Of a stretch of 64,000 nt of DNA, positions 23,487 to 33,843 are shown one piece after another (positions within the stretch are counted from its first letter, which is position 1; the number at the start of each line of letters is the position of its first letter). A program made the translations under genes and the position numbers. The DNA is from Babesia bigemina (Eukaryota): the NCBI RefSeq assembly GCF_000981445.1, contig NC_027218.1, positions 2,790,001 through 2,854,000 of the forward strand. Reading direction: 5' to 3'. The notes under the pieces are model-generated. The model was not told where the DNA came from. It saw nothing but the letters and a program-made list of their open reading frames with translations, and did not search any database.

Positions 23487-24168
23487 ATGGACATCCGCCT
23501 AAGTCCTCCTCGGGAGGGTGTCCGAGGCGGACGTGAGCAATTCAAGTGGGACGAGGTGAAGAAATATCTTACCAAGGAACGCGAACACTATTTGGGTAAG
23601 TTTTGGGTATCCAGATTGTGAGAGCTTCCTAGGCCATAGTGTTAAGATTGGCATGATTGAACACAAGAACAAGTTCTACAAACACGACTGGTATATGAAG
23701 GATGAAGGATTGGGTAATACTTCAGATGCAGCCGATGAAATGAAGTTAATAAAACTTTATGAAGATGAGTTGATGCAGGAAATGCTGTAAGTTTAGTTCT
23801 ATGGTTACTCAGCGAGATTCAGGGGTGCAATACCTAAGCGTTTGATGCTACTCAAAAGCAGACCAACAGACGTTGCAACATTGCGAACATTGCTAAATGT
23901 TGACAATGAGCCCAAGCATGCTTTAGAGGATAGCAGTACCGAGGCCATTAACGCCAAGACGTCCGATGCGCCACAGGATTCAGCGCAACATTCAGATCGC
24001 AATCATTCCAGCAGAGTATCGCGCACATCTCATCGCAGGTCACGTGACCGTAGCAGGCATCGTGACCGATCCCGTGAGCGTCGTTCACGAAGAAGCCCAC
24101 ATCGCTCGTCATCTAGGCATAGATCCCGTAGGAGGGAAAGAGATTTTAGGAGAAGCCGATCCAGATAG
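23487..24168 (+). CDS. MMTAG2/C1orf35-like nuclear protein with RS-rich tail, 3 exons
   Basis: MDIRLSPPREGVRGGREQFKWDEVK...EHYLGHSVK signature; C-terminal R/S/H-rich repeats; two short GT-AG introns. Confidence 0.85.
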
Positions 24169-25295
24169 TTGGTTTTTGTACAATTGGTGTCTGATTGGGT
24201 ACTGCTTAGTGATTAAGTTTGGCCAAGGAGCATGTAATAACTTATAGGATGCTGTTACCGTGACATTGGATTTCGTAGTATTATAAACGCTACCAGAGGA
24301 GGCACGTCTATGCGATGGAAGACATTGGGATGCTATGAATATGTTGAAATGCATTGTTGTATAGTATTTTCAAAGTAGCACTGCATAAACATGAAAGAAT
24401 GTGGCAGTTAATATGACATTAAAATGATGCGTTCTCTACGTGAAGCTACTGTGCCTTCTCTGACGGGAATGCGGGGTAGCGGTCTATACCCATGCTCTCG
24501 GAAATCTATCCACCTAGAAGATTATTTGTGAATCGGCCGGAACTTTTGGGCGACCTTGAAAATGCAGCTTATGTTTTAATCATCATCAGATGGTATGTGT
24601 CGGCAAGCATGGTCCAGTATATGAACATATTGGATCATCACATTGCGAATTCCACCATTTCTCCTCGTCGGCCAAGGGTGAAGGAGACGAATCCGGCAGA
24701 CCTTTGTTTCCAGGGACTGCGGTCTACCGCCAATGCATAGGGCATAGCAATTCAGCTCTTTGTGTCCAAAATGCGTACTCCACGCCGACGAACATCACCT
24801 GTGCATTTGCGTTTGCGGCGAAAGGATAGCGGAAATATTCAGTATACGTTCTACGGTCTACAGTTGCGTTTAGTTATACAATTAAAACGTTCATAAGCGT
24901 TGCACTCAGCAGGTGTTCTGCATTTGAGTACAGGCTGTGGAGCTGAGAGCCGCGAAGCAGCACTGCTCACTTATCCATATGAGGTCCGAAACAGTTGAAA
25001 CCGTGAATCAAACGCAAGTACGCACACAATATCTGGTGTACTAAAATGAGAGACCGTGCATTCGGGAAAATGCGATAAATTGCTCGGTGAATTCGAATAC
25101 AGAGACATTGAGAAGTGTGTTTGCCCTCATGACTGCAGTATTGTGTATTAAACGTGTATACATAAACACGGTATAAATAACATTTCATAAACTAGCAGCG
25201 TTTTGTGAGAATTTGTATGACGCTGACTGACAGAGGACACCGACGCATAGATGATGTTTGTCGGAGTAATTTAACAGCCCATCAGCAACACCCAA

Positions 25296-26012
25296 TCAAT
25301 AGAAAGCCAATACTCCAGCGATGTTGTAAAGCATGATGAAGGTTTCTTTTTTAATACTGCTCAACACCTTGGATAAATCGAAGAAAGACATGTCATGGCG
25401 GCAGTCCCATTTTGTGTAACCCCCGGCGGCCAATACATCTACCACACGCTGCCTCTCTTCAAGCCATGACCATACGCTGTTCGTGGCGTTGCTTGCATCC
25501 ATCAGAGTGAGCAGGCCTGTGTACAACATAGGTGCGATTCCCACGAAGATCTTCGCGCAAGCTTCCGGATCGTTCGAACAGGACCTAGCCCACGTTGCTT
25601 CTGAACTGTAAGCAGACGTATACTCCCCGGGACGCCTTAATGCATACAAAAACTTCTCACAAGCATAGACGACGTTAGCTACGTTGTCTGCGACCTTTTC
25701 GGGCTTGGATCCCATGGCGTCAGCGAACTCGCCGGTGTTTTTCTCGACAGAGCCATTGCACCTCTCCAGCATTACGCTTGAGGATCGATGGTGCTTAAGC
25801 TCCTTTTGCCCGATGAACCTGTCAGAAACGCGTTTGAGTTCTTCTATGGTTGTCACACTTCTAGTAACAATCGGCTGTTGTCCGAGGAAATCGTAAAGCG
25901 CCGCGCCCATAGCCTTGAAGTTTGTCGAAGGATCCGTTCCTTTCAAGGCCACCAACCAGTCAATGGCTTCCTTGAGGTTCCAAGGGTTATCAGCCAGCGA
26001 ATTGTACACCAT
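25296..26012 (-). CDS. Short ves-related multigene-family protein (VESA N-terminal-like domain only), ~238 aa
   Basis: Begins MVYNSLADNPWNLKEAIDWLVAL, resembling the VESA N-terminal SLTDxPxNLKEAIDW motif. Also SAYSSEATW and CAKIFVGIAPMLY. Confidence 0.75.
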   Translation of the reverse strand: MVYNSLADNPWNLKEAIDWLVALKGTDPSTNFKAMGAALYDFLGQQPIVTRSVTTIEELKRVSDRFIGQKELKHHRSSSVMLERCNGSVEKNTGEFADAMGSKPEKVADNVANVVYACEKFLYALRRPGEYTSAYSSEATWARSCSNDPEACAKIFVGIAPMLYTGLLTLMDASNATNSVWSWLEERQRVVDVLAAGGYTKWDCRHDMSFFDLSKVLSSIKKETFIMLYNIAGVLAFY

Positions 26013-26867
26013 TTTGTAATGAGTGGTTGAAGGCTGCAAATAATATACACGTGTGGAATCTGTTGTTATTTCACAGATGGAGCCTTTAGACAGCTATGTC
26101 TTGGTAGCGGATCAGTTCAACTACCGGTGCCTTCCAACGTATACCTGTCTAATTGAACTGGCGAAGTCGCCTATACACCAATTAGACTATCAGATGGGTT
26201 GCGATGGCGAGCAAGATGTCGTGTCTTAGACACGTTCACACAAGTAACGTGGCATGCAGTGCGCAGCACGCGAGTCATTGGGGTAGACAAGTTCCAGGCA
26301 AAATGGCGAATATTGAAGCTAGACATGTTAGTACAATTTGTGGAGACCCATCAATGTCTAAGAATTAGCAGTAGCTTGCTGGCAGTATTTCGCAGAGCCC
26401 ACGGCGTCTGATGGTTATCACGTTAAACTATATCGCAAACTCACAGTATCTCGCCCATGATCAGGCTTCAACAGAGATGCTAAAAGCATAGGTTACAACT
26501 AACACGCCACACACCTCGTGTGCCAATCACATGCTCACGTACAATGGCACTTCTGAGGCCATGACGCAACATACCTCTTGCTTGTATCCGCAATCCGTTC
26601 ACAGCATGGAATGGCGCAAACGTGTCTGGCTGTTTCAACGCTGTGCAATACACCATACGAAAAACCACGATCGCACATCAAACTAAACTGTCTGCCAATT
26701 GGCGAATTATATTGGCCGTATGTGTTCTGATACGGTTAAAGATGCGCAATTTCGGTGAGTTCGTGAACTGTCACAGCACTGCACATGCTTCCCTAAAACG
26801 ACTATATACCACTCCACCAAATCAAATCATATGGTGAGAAGCTATTATGTGAATGCGATAACTACTA

Positions 26868-29800
26868 TTAGACACCAACATAACCAATAGGGTCCTCGTC
26901 GAAGTAGTCGACGTCATTGTAAAGTGAGAGCATCTTCCGGCCTTTTGTGAGCAGGGCCTTGACGTCGATGTGGTGAGAAGCCTTGGTGCGAATAAGGTGT
27001 GATCGGATGTGGAGCACGTCCAGGCGGTATAGCATTGTCTTGGCACAGATGAGGAATGCGAGAGACCAGAGTGCCACCAGGGTGAAGATGAATGGCTCCC
27101 GGATGGTGAAGAGGAAATTGTCCATGGCGGTCATGAGTGTTGCGATAGGCCCACCGTTGACAATTTCCTTCAGCTTGGCGATGACCTGTTGACATGTGAG
27201 TGTCGGCTGCGATCCCACCTCCGGCGGCGTGAACCCGTGAGTGTAGAGGAGGGGCAGGGCAGTGGAACACAGGTGGAGGGATGAACACTTGATACTAACA
27301 TGCTTCTTGAGTTCGTAGTGCAGTTTTTCAAGTGACTCCCACAGTCTGTCCGGCAGGTACACCGTCCAGCTGAGGTAGGTGTGGGCGAAGCTCTGGGAGT
27401 ACAGGGCGTACGCCCGGTACGTGATGGGAGACATACGTGGATGGCAGTTGGAAGAGTCATCGCCGCAGCCAACCAGTGTGGAAAGGGTACGGGGATGGTC
27501 ATTGTCGTGGCTGGAGTTGTGTTTGGATATGAGAGACTCGGAACCCCGGATGCCCTTGACAGCTCCAAGGTCGTAGAGACCAAGATGGTCCCAGTCGGGG
27601 CAGTCGGGATGTGGATTGAGGAGTGAGTTTCCTAGTGGAGACAATGACTTTGACGCATACTCGTGCAACTCGATGCCGATATGGTGGAAGTACGAGACAA
27701 GCTCCCCTGTCGTCCTCGGCGTCCGCCTGGTGATGCAGTTGAGGTAGGAGCACAATGTCAGGATGGGGTCATCGCCGCCGCAGCTGGGAGTGAGGATGGC
27801 AGAAAGGGTGGCGCCATTTTGTGATTTCTCAGGCAAATCACTTTTTTTGAATCCCATCCTGACGCGGCTCTTGTGGCACAGGTTGTATGGGTCGAAGAGG
27901 TGAGTCTTGAAGGTGGAGTCCCAGCCATCGGTCAGGAACGACTGGAGGGGAGATTGTACCTTGGAATCACTGCCGTAGTCATAACTCTTCCACCCACCAT
28001 GATATTTATCTCGATTACACTGCGCCTTCAGGAACTGCAACTGGTAGTGGCAGGCGTAGACGTAGTCCCGCAGCTGGCAGAGAAGAGAGGCGGCGTCGGG
28101 GGAGTAACAAAACTTAGTATATTCTGATTTGAAGTCGATGTCAGATAGAGCATCGCCGGATTGCATACGCATTATTCCGTTCAGGACGTGTGCGGAGTAG
28201 AGACAAGCCTCGGTAAGGGTGTCGGCGATATGAGATGCGGACAAGGAGTATAGATCCCCGTTGACCTGGAGGGCATACTTAGGGTAGAATGTATCGCCGT
28301 TGATTTCATTGAGTATATTTTCCATATGTCTCTCCATCTTGGCAATAAGTCCGTACGCATTGAGACCGACCAGCCAGAAGAGCATGGCCTTGACGTTGGT
28401 GGGAGGCGGTAGATGGTCGGAGTCTGGTGGAGGGGGTATCGTTGCTGCAGTGGTGGAATTATTAACGTAATTCCAAGGATTATTGCACATGTTGGGATTT
28501 GGTGCAATGTCAAATGCGTAGTCTTTAAATTCTCCCCAGGTGGAGGAATCATCGTAATTCCCATTAACATCAGGCGATGCCATAGGCATCCGGGGGTGAG
28601 TTATGGAAGTTGAGGCTAGTCTCATATTTTCCACAACCGGCAGAGCCGGGCGGTGATTAATTTCAGATTTCAATACATGGTCGCGTGAATTGAAGTCCCT
28701 GACTTCTATGTCAATGGGAAGAGGCTGCAGGCGAACATTTAGATTAGGAGCCGAAATAGGGTTACCTGTAATTTCCAACGTAGAAGGGCGGTCAGGGGCT
28801 TTAATAGGGTCACCGCTAACAGGGTTATCATATGTTCGAGCTTGTGGATCTACCGGACGCCATATGCCTTTCGAGTTTGGTATGGACATTCCTGTGAATC
28901 CAGAGTTGCGCAACAGTTCATCATAACTTTCCTGAAGTTCTGCCTTCCATTCTTTATCCTGAGTTTCATGCACGACTTCTGCAATTTCTGTGCCGTTTAA
29001 TTCGGCAACTGTTGGATCGTCAATACCAGGTACAAGGGAATCGTCAGAGTCAGACATCACTGCATCCCCATCAATCGCATCTACTTCTAAACCGTCCATA
29101 TATGCCGGGTATACACTGTATACATGTTTCTGTTCCGCTATTTCTGCTCCGTCGACAGCCACCATGTCGGGATCATCAAGACCTGCGACTACGTCGCCGT
29201 CTAAATCGTACATTGCTGAAGTGACAACATTTCGATTTAGGGTGGCCGTAACATCTGAACCCATAGTATTCTTTACATACTTTCCTACTTGATTTGTGAC
29301 GTCGGACACTTCTGCCCCATCAAGACTGAATGCCATTAATTGTTTCAGATCTGCAGACGCCTGATTGAGCCAGTCTAATGGTTTACGTTTCTCATCCGCT
29401 TCGATTCTGTTATTCCATTCATCTTGCAGTTTTTTCAAATCCGTGTCTACAACAGCTTCTCCGCCGAGAGATATGGGAATCTCAGCATCTTGAACACCCC
29501 TATTCCCCTGTCCGATGTCCCTCCCCCGTGATTCATAGTAATCACGCCCACGACCAGGTGGGACACCGGGCAGCAGGGGGTAAGGCGCGGGAGCATGAGG
29601 GATGGGCTGAGTACGAGGGATGGGTGGCGGCTGAGGTCTATTTACTGCGGTTTGTGTATTACGCCTTTCATCTAATTTGGCTCGGAATTTTGTTTCATTG
29701 ATTTTTTCGAACTTTTCTTGAGCCTTTTTCCATATGTTCTCCATGTTTTTTCTGGCATCATAATTTCTTTTTTGTACTTTGCTTCCATATACTTCCAGGT

Positions 29801-32270
29801 GCTCTCTCAACCGTTCTTCCTCAGGATCCACCTTCCCATTACTCCCACCAACCCCTCCACCGCCACCTGAATCAGGAGCCATGCCAGTGGATGTCGTAGT
29901 AGCAGCGGTGGTGGAACTTTGCGATGTACCTTGATAACCTGGTTTAGCAGAACCAGAAGATGTCGTCTGCCCAACCTGCCCCGGACCATTACTAGTAACA
30001 GGGACGTTGGATGCCCGAGGGCCTTGGGTAGTACCACCTGGTGTTGAAGATTGTCCAGATGATGAAGCGGAATCAGGCTGTTGACCTTTATGACCACCTC
30101 CCGGTGCGCCGTGCCCCTCACCACCTGGTTGACCAGTCACAGAAGTAGACCCCGTACCATTACCGGGAGCAGGGACACTAGATAACGAGGGGCCTAGAGG
30201 TGGAGCACTTGGAGGCTGAGAAAGAGCAGCCTGTGGATAGGCATTAGACTGTGAATCTTGACTACCACCGCCCGGTGAACCCTGCCCCTTACCATATTGT
30301 TGACCAGCACCAGAAGACCCCTGACCACCACCGGAGGCAGAATCAACAGATGACAGAGCGCCTGAACCTTTAACACTCGGTGACTGAGGAGACGCAGGAA
30401 CGTGAGCGCCAGTAGGCTGTAAACTTTGAGGAACACCACTCTGTGAACCCTGCCCCTTAACGCCTGGTTGACCAGCGGCAGGAAGACCCTGACTACCACC
30501 GGTACTAGGGGCACCACCCGGAGCAGGGACAACAGATGCCCGAGGGCGTGAACTTGTACCACTGGGAGTCTGAGGTTTCGGAGCTGGAGAGGCGGCAGCC
30601 TTTTTACCCGCATCACCACCTCCATTTGTACTCCCACCCCCGCTACCCGGCTGACTAGTGGAGCCATGGGCTGCAGGAGGACCGGTGGGAGGGGCTTGAG
30701 GGGGTTGTGCTGGTTGCGGTTGAGATGGAGATTGTCGTTGAACATTATTTTGACGCGGAAAAGATGTTGTAGACACGGTACTAGGATGCCCTAGGGGGCC
30801 TTTCTCACCTTTAGCCCCTGTCGATACTGGCGCTCCTATACCACCGGGAGGCTTAAATGAAGATGTGCCGGCTGATGATATTGCAGGCTTTTGTTCACTT
30901 TGACCACTATTTTGACTTGGAGCTACATTATTTCTGCTTCCCGTGTTCTGCGCTCCCCTCACTGTCTGGCCTTGATTTGGAGTTCCTTTGGTATTTCCAC
31001 CCGGAGGTGGCGTAGCTATTGTTGTAGTGGCAGGTGGCTGCACCGCCTTTACATGAGTGGCCGCATGCTTTGTAGCCTCCGTTTTAGTCGCTTCGGTTTT
31101 AGTGGCAGTCGGCTTCGCCGCCTCGGCTTTGGTGACGACGGTCGCAGAGCCGCATTCATAACCATCCAATATATCTTTAAGCCTCGTCAGCATTGCATCC
31201 AGCTGATTGAACTTTTGAAATATAGGATTCCAATCATCTAAATTACGTGGCTTGGACCGCACGCTGTTGTTACTCCCGTCAAAAATGAACCCATGGGGAT
31301 AGAGTTTATCCTCGGCAAATGATTGAAGTACAGTCATCTGCGAATGTATTGAGTGAGGTATCATGCCTTTCATTTCGCTGGCGGCTTTTTGCAAGTTTTC
31401 TCTAAACCATCTTCCGGCTTTTTCAGCGAAATGGACTACGTTTTTAGGTCCAATCCACATACCTGTAAAAGAAAACCCTGCGCCAGTCAGTATTTCAATG
31501 TGTCCATGTAGATGTTGACAATGGTTTTTTAAATCTTGCCAACATATCTTGTTTCCATGGCCCTTCTCTAACGCCTTTTTAAACGCCCCGCCTTCAGGTT
31601 CCCTCGTCTTGGTAACCAACTGGCAAAATGCGTAAACCAGAAGGGCAGTGTTCCCAGTGTTGAAGGTATTCCACTGTTTTTCCAAAGTAGTCATAATCAC
31701 ATTTCGATGGTGATCATACCCTGTCTTTCCTTTAGCAGCGTCTTTATTCAAAATTTTTTTTAAATCCTCTACTAGTGTGCCACCCTGTACACTACTAAGC
31801 TCTCCGGCATCAAACCCACCTTCGATAATGTTATTCCCACTAGTCAAAAACGTCTGAAAATTTCCGGACATAGGAGACAGTGAAGCCCAATCTCCACCTC
31901 CAACACCGCTAAACGCGCCATCCACGTGATACTGTATGAAAGAAAGCGCAGCAAGTAACTTAGGGGTGCATTCTAAAAGTGCGTCAAGAATATCATTTGG
32001 TTTGCCTGTATAAGTGCCCCATCTCGTAACTTGCTGAGATGACAATTTTTTATATATCAGCGAGACATTTTCAAGGAATCTGAAAAATTCAGTTTGCAGT
32101 GGGCCTTTAAGTCCGGGCATTCCCGGAAAATAATGTTTCAATTTTTGAACAAATGAAGTTACCACTAGTTTTTTTGGACCTTTACCGCTATTCAACCACT
32201 CCAGGAACACAAGACAATCCTTAAGAGTGTTAAGAGGCGGAATTCCATTTTTCGCCGCCATCCTGCTCAC
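26868..32270 (-). CDS. Large VESA1-related variant antigen-like protein, 1800 aa, intronless
   Basis: N-terminus PLNTLKDCLVFLEWL and a central G/P/S/Q low-complexity tract. The C-terminal ~520 aa has VESA-like motifs (YQLQFLKAQC, CITRRTPRTTGELVSYF, YLSWTVYLPD), a TM segment (PFIFTLVALWSLAFL) and the tail YRLDVLHIRSHL. Confidence 0.85.
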   Translation of the reverse strand: MSRMAAKNGIPPLNTLKDCLVFLEWLNSGKGPKKLVVTSFVQKLKHYFPGMPGLKGPLQTEFFRFLENVSLIYKKLSSQQVTRWGTYTGKPNDILDALLECTPKLLAALSFIQYHVDGAFSGVGGGDWASLSPMSGNFQTFLTSGNNIIEGGFDAGELSSVQGGTLVEDLKKILNKDAAKGKTGYDHHRNVIMTTLEKQWNTFNTGNTALLVYAFCQLVTKTREPEGGAFKKALEKGHGNKICWQDLKNHCQHLHGHIEILTGAGFSFTGMWIGPKNVVHFAEKAGRWFRENLQKAASEMKGMIPHSIHSQMTVLQSFAEDKLYPHGFIFDGSNNSVRSKPRNLDDWNPIFQKFNQLDAMLTRLKDILDGYECGSATVVTKAEAAKPTATKTEATKTEATKHAATHVKAVQPPATTTIATPPPGGNTKGTPNQGQTVRGAQNTGSRNNVAPSQNSGQSEQKPAISSAGTSSFKPPGGIGAPVSTGAKGEKGPLGHPSTVSTTSFPRQNNVQRQSPSQPQPAQPPQAPPTGPPAAHGSTSQPGSGGGSTNGGGDAGKKAAASPAPKPQTPSGTSSRPRASVVPAPGGAPSTGGSQGLPAAGQPGVKGQGSQSGVPQSLQPTGAHVPASPQSPSVKGSGALSSVDSASGGGQGSSGAGQQYGKGQGSPGGGSQDSQSNAYPQAALSQPPSAPPLGPSLSSVPAPGNGTGSTSVTGQPGGEGHGAPGGGHKGQQPDSASSSGQSSTPGGTTQGPRASNVPVTSNGPGQVGQTTSSGSAKPGYQGTSQSSTTAATTTSTGMAPDSGGGGGVGGSNGKVDPEEERLREHLEVYGSKVQKRNYDARKNMENIWKKAQEKFEKINETKFRAKLDERRNTQTAVNRPQPPPIPRTQPIPHAPAPYPLLPGVPPGRGRDYYESRGRDIGQGNRGVQDAEIPISLGGEAVVDTDLKKLQDEWNNRIEADEKRKPLDWLNQASADLKQLMAFSLDGAEVSDVTNQVGKYVKNTMGSDVTATLNRNVVTSAMYDLDGDVVAGLDDPDMVAVDGAEIAEQKHVYSVYPAYMDGLEVDAIDGDAVMSDSDDSLVPGIDDPTVAELNGTEIAEVVHETQDKEWKAELQESYDELLRNSGFTGMSIPNSKGIWRPVDPQARTYDNPVSGDPIKAPDRPSTLEITGNPISAPNLNVRLQPLPIDIEVRDFNSRDHVLKSEINHRPALPVVENMRLASTSITHPRMPMASPDVNGNYDDSSTWGEFKDYAFDIAPNPNMCNNPWNYVNNSTTAATIPPPPDSDHLPPPTNVKAMLFWLVGLNAYGLIAKMERHMENILNEINGDTFYPKYALQVNGDLYSLSASHIADTLTEACLYSAHVLNGIMRMQSGDALSDIDFKSEYTKFCYSPDAASLLCQLRDYVYACHYQLQFLKAQCNRDKYHGGWKSYDYGSDSKVQSPLQSFLTDGWDSTFKTHLFDPYNLCHKSRVRMGFKKSDLPEKSQNGATLSAILTPSCGGDDPILTLCSYLNCITRRTPRTTGELVSYFHHIGIELHEYASKSLSPLGNSLLNPHPDCPDWDHLGLYDLGAVKGIRGSESLISKHNSSHDNDHPRTLSTLVGCGDDSSNCHPRMSPITYRAYALYSQSFAHTYLSWTVYLPDRLWESLEKLHYELKKHVSIKCSSLHLCSTALPLLYTHGFTPPEVGSQPTLTCQQVIAKLKEIVNGGPIATLMTAMDNFLFTIREPFIFTLVALWSLAFLICAKTMLYRLDVLHIRSHLIRTKASHHIDVKALLTKGRKMLSLYNDVDYFDEDPIGYVGV

Positions 32271-33843
32271 TCAACCACACGCATACATACTCTAATAACG
32301 AATTAAAACGCGTGTCAAAGTAAAGGTGAACTACGAAACCCCTAAATGATCAAAGCGCCGATGAGGACACGTGAGTATTGCCATACTCAGACATCGATGC
32401 GGAAACGTCAAGTGCGCTACGTGAAAACGCTACTAAGTGAACTGCCAGCGACAACGGCGTGAGTCATGATACCAACAACACGCCCGCATTCACCCTCAAC
32501 GGACTAAGGACGAAACTCTCACCCCTTCCACCTACCTTAGGAGGAGGTCAGACGATAAGCTGATATATTTGGCAACACCTTAAGCTGACTGGCGAGGGGT
32601 GGATCGCAGGGTAGAGCACTGCGTGCTCCACGAGGGTTTTGGGTGGCAGGTAGGATGCCTATCCTCACCCCGCATTGACGCCGCCAAGCCGTCTCACATA
32701 TGCGTTTTGCGAACGTCAGGGCACCCACGATGCAGCGTGCCGCTGTTGGCTGGGTAGACACCAGTGCCTCATTTTAGCATCACCCCAATGACCACCAGAG
32801 ATTGCGAACGTTACCCCACTTTGCCCTGGCCCAACGGGGTGCATATTATAAATTGCTGCATTAATCTACGCACGTTGTTCATGCTTTGCAGTTCTATGTC
32901 TATGCGTGATATTGCTACAGCGACAACCTCGCCCGCCGTGCCCCCTCACTCACCTTCCAGCAGCATTGCAGCATGATACACGTGACACTGCCCACTTCAG
33001 CTGACGAGCTAAATTTCTCAATAACCACACTAACCACATGTAATGAGCATACTTGCAATACCGCTTCGATCGTAACACAGAACTTTGCGTGATGAAAACT
33101 CTTCACATGCCGACCACATTGCTCTCACGCCATATTGAGCTGAGGTTTGTAGACTGTTTCACTGGCTTTCGCCACTCACCCCATTTTCCAAATCTTAGTC
33201 ATCATCATCTGATTCTGAGCTTCCCACTATGAAGCATTGTCTGATATCCTCCGACCATGCCATCTGTCGGTGAACTAGTGGCTTAGTCCGATGGTGCCGA
33301 GGATCCAACGCTTTGAAATTGTTGGAATGCCTCACTGCGACGTTACATATCATTTGATTATGCGCATCGTATATACAATGATCGGATAACGATACCTTTT
33401 TAGGATATTCCTCCGGTTGACTGACGTGGCTAGACATTTACTGCCGGTAATTGCTAAAGAAAAGTAGACTACTGAAAGTCATATGTACACTTCACCAACT
33501 GTTCATTGTCACGTTTTAGGTGCATTGTCGAAATTTCAGTTTGTGAGTAAATGAGCTAGCCACTGCATCCCATCTTATGACTTTCGTAGTGCAAAATGTA
33601 GAGCAAAAGCGTGACGGTACGTAAATAGATTTCACTTCATAACTACGCCAACGGCGTACTACGCCACTCATACACGACTTAGGTAACAGCGGAAAAGCGG
33701 CCGAATCATCGGCAGCAATAACAACATTATACCGTAAAGCAATGTTGCCATGGAGAGATAAGTCTCAGCACAGGCAGAACCAGCAACAAAAGAAAGCAAA
33801 GAAATTTGTATAATTCACCAACGAGTTTGCACCTGTTAGCTAC

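Noticed and set aside
24583..24645. Minus-strand GTGATGA...CTGA resembling a C/D snoRNA
   Set aside because: Short, with a weak terminal stem and no recognised target; compatible with chance.
33195..33437. 80-aa ATG-initiated ORF downstream of 6-Cys-like gene A
   Set aside because: No homology or motif recognised; cannot be distinguished from a chance ORF.
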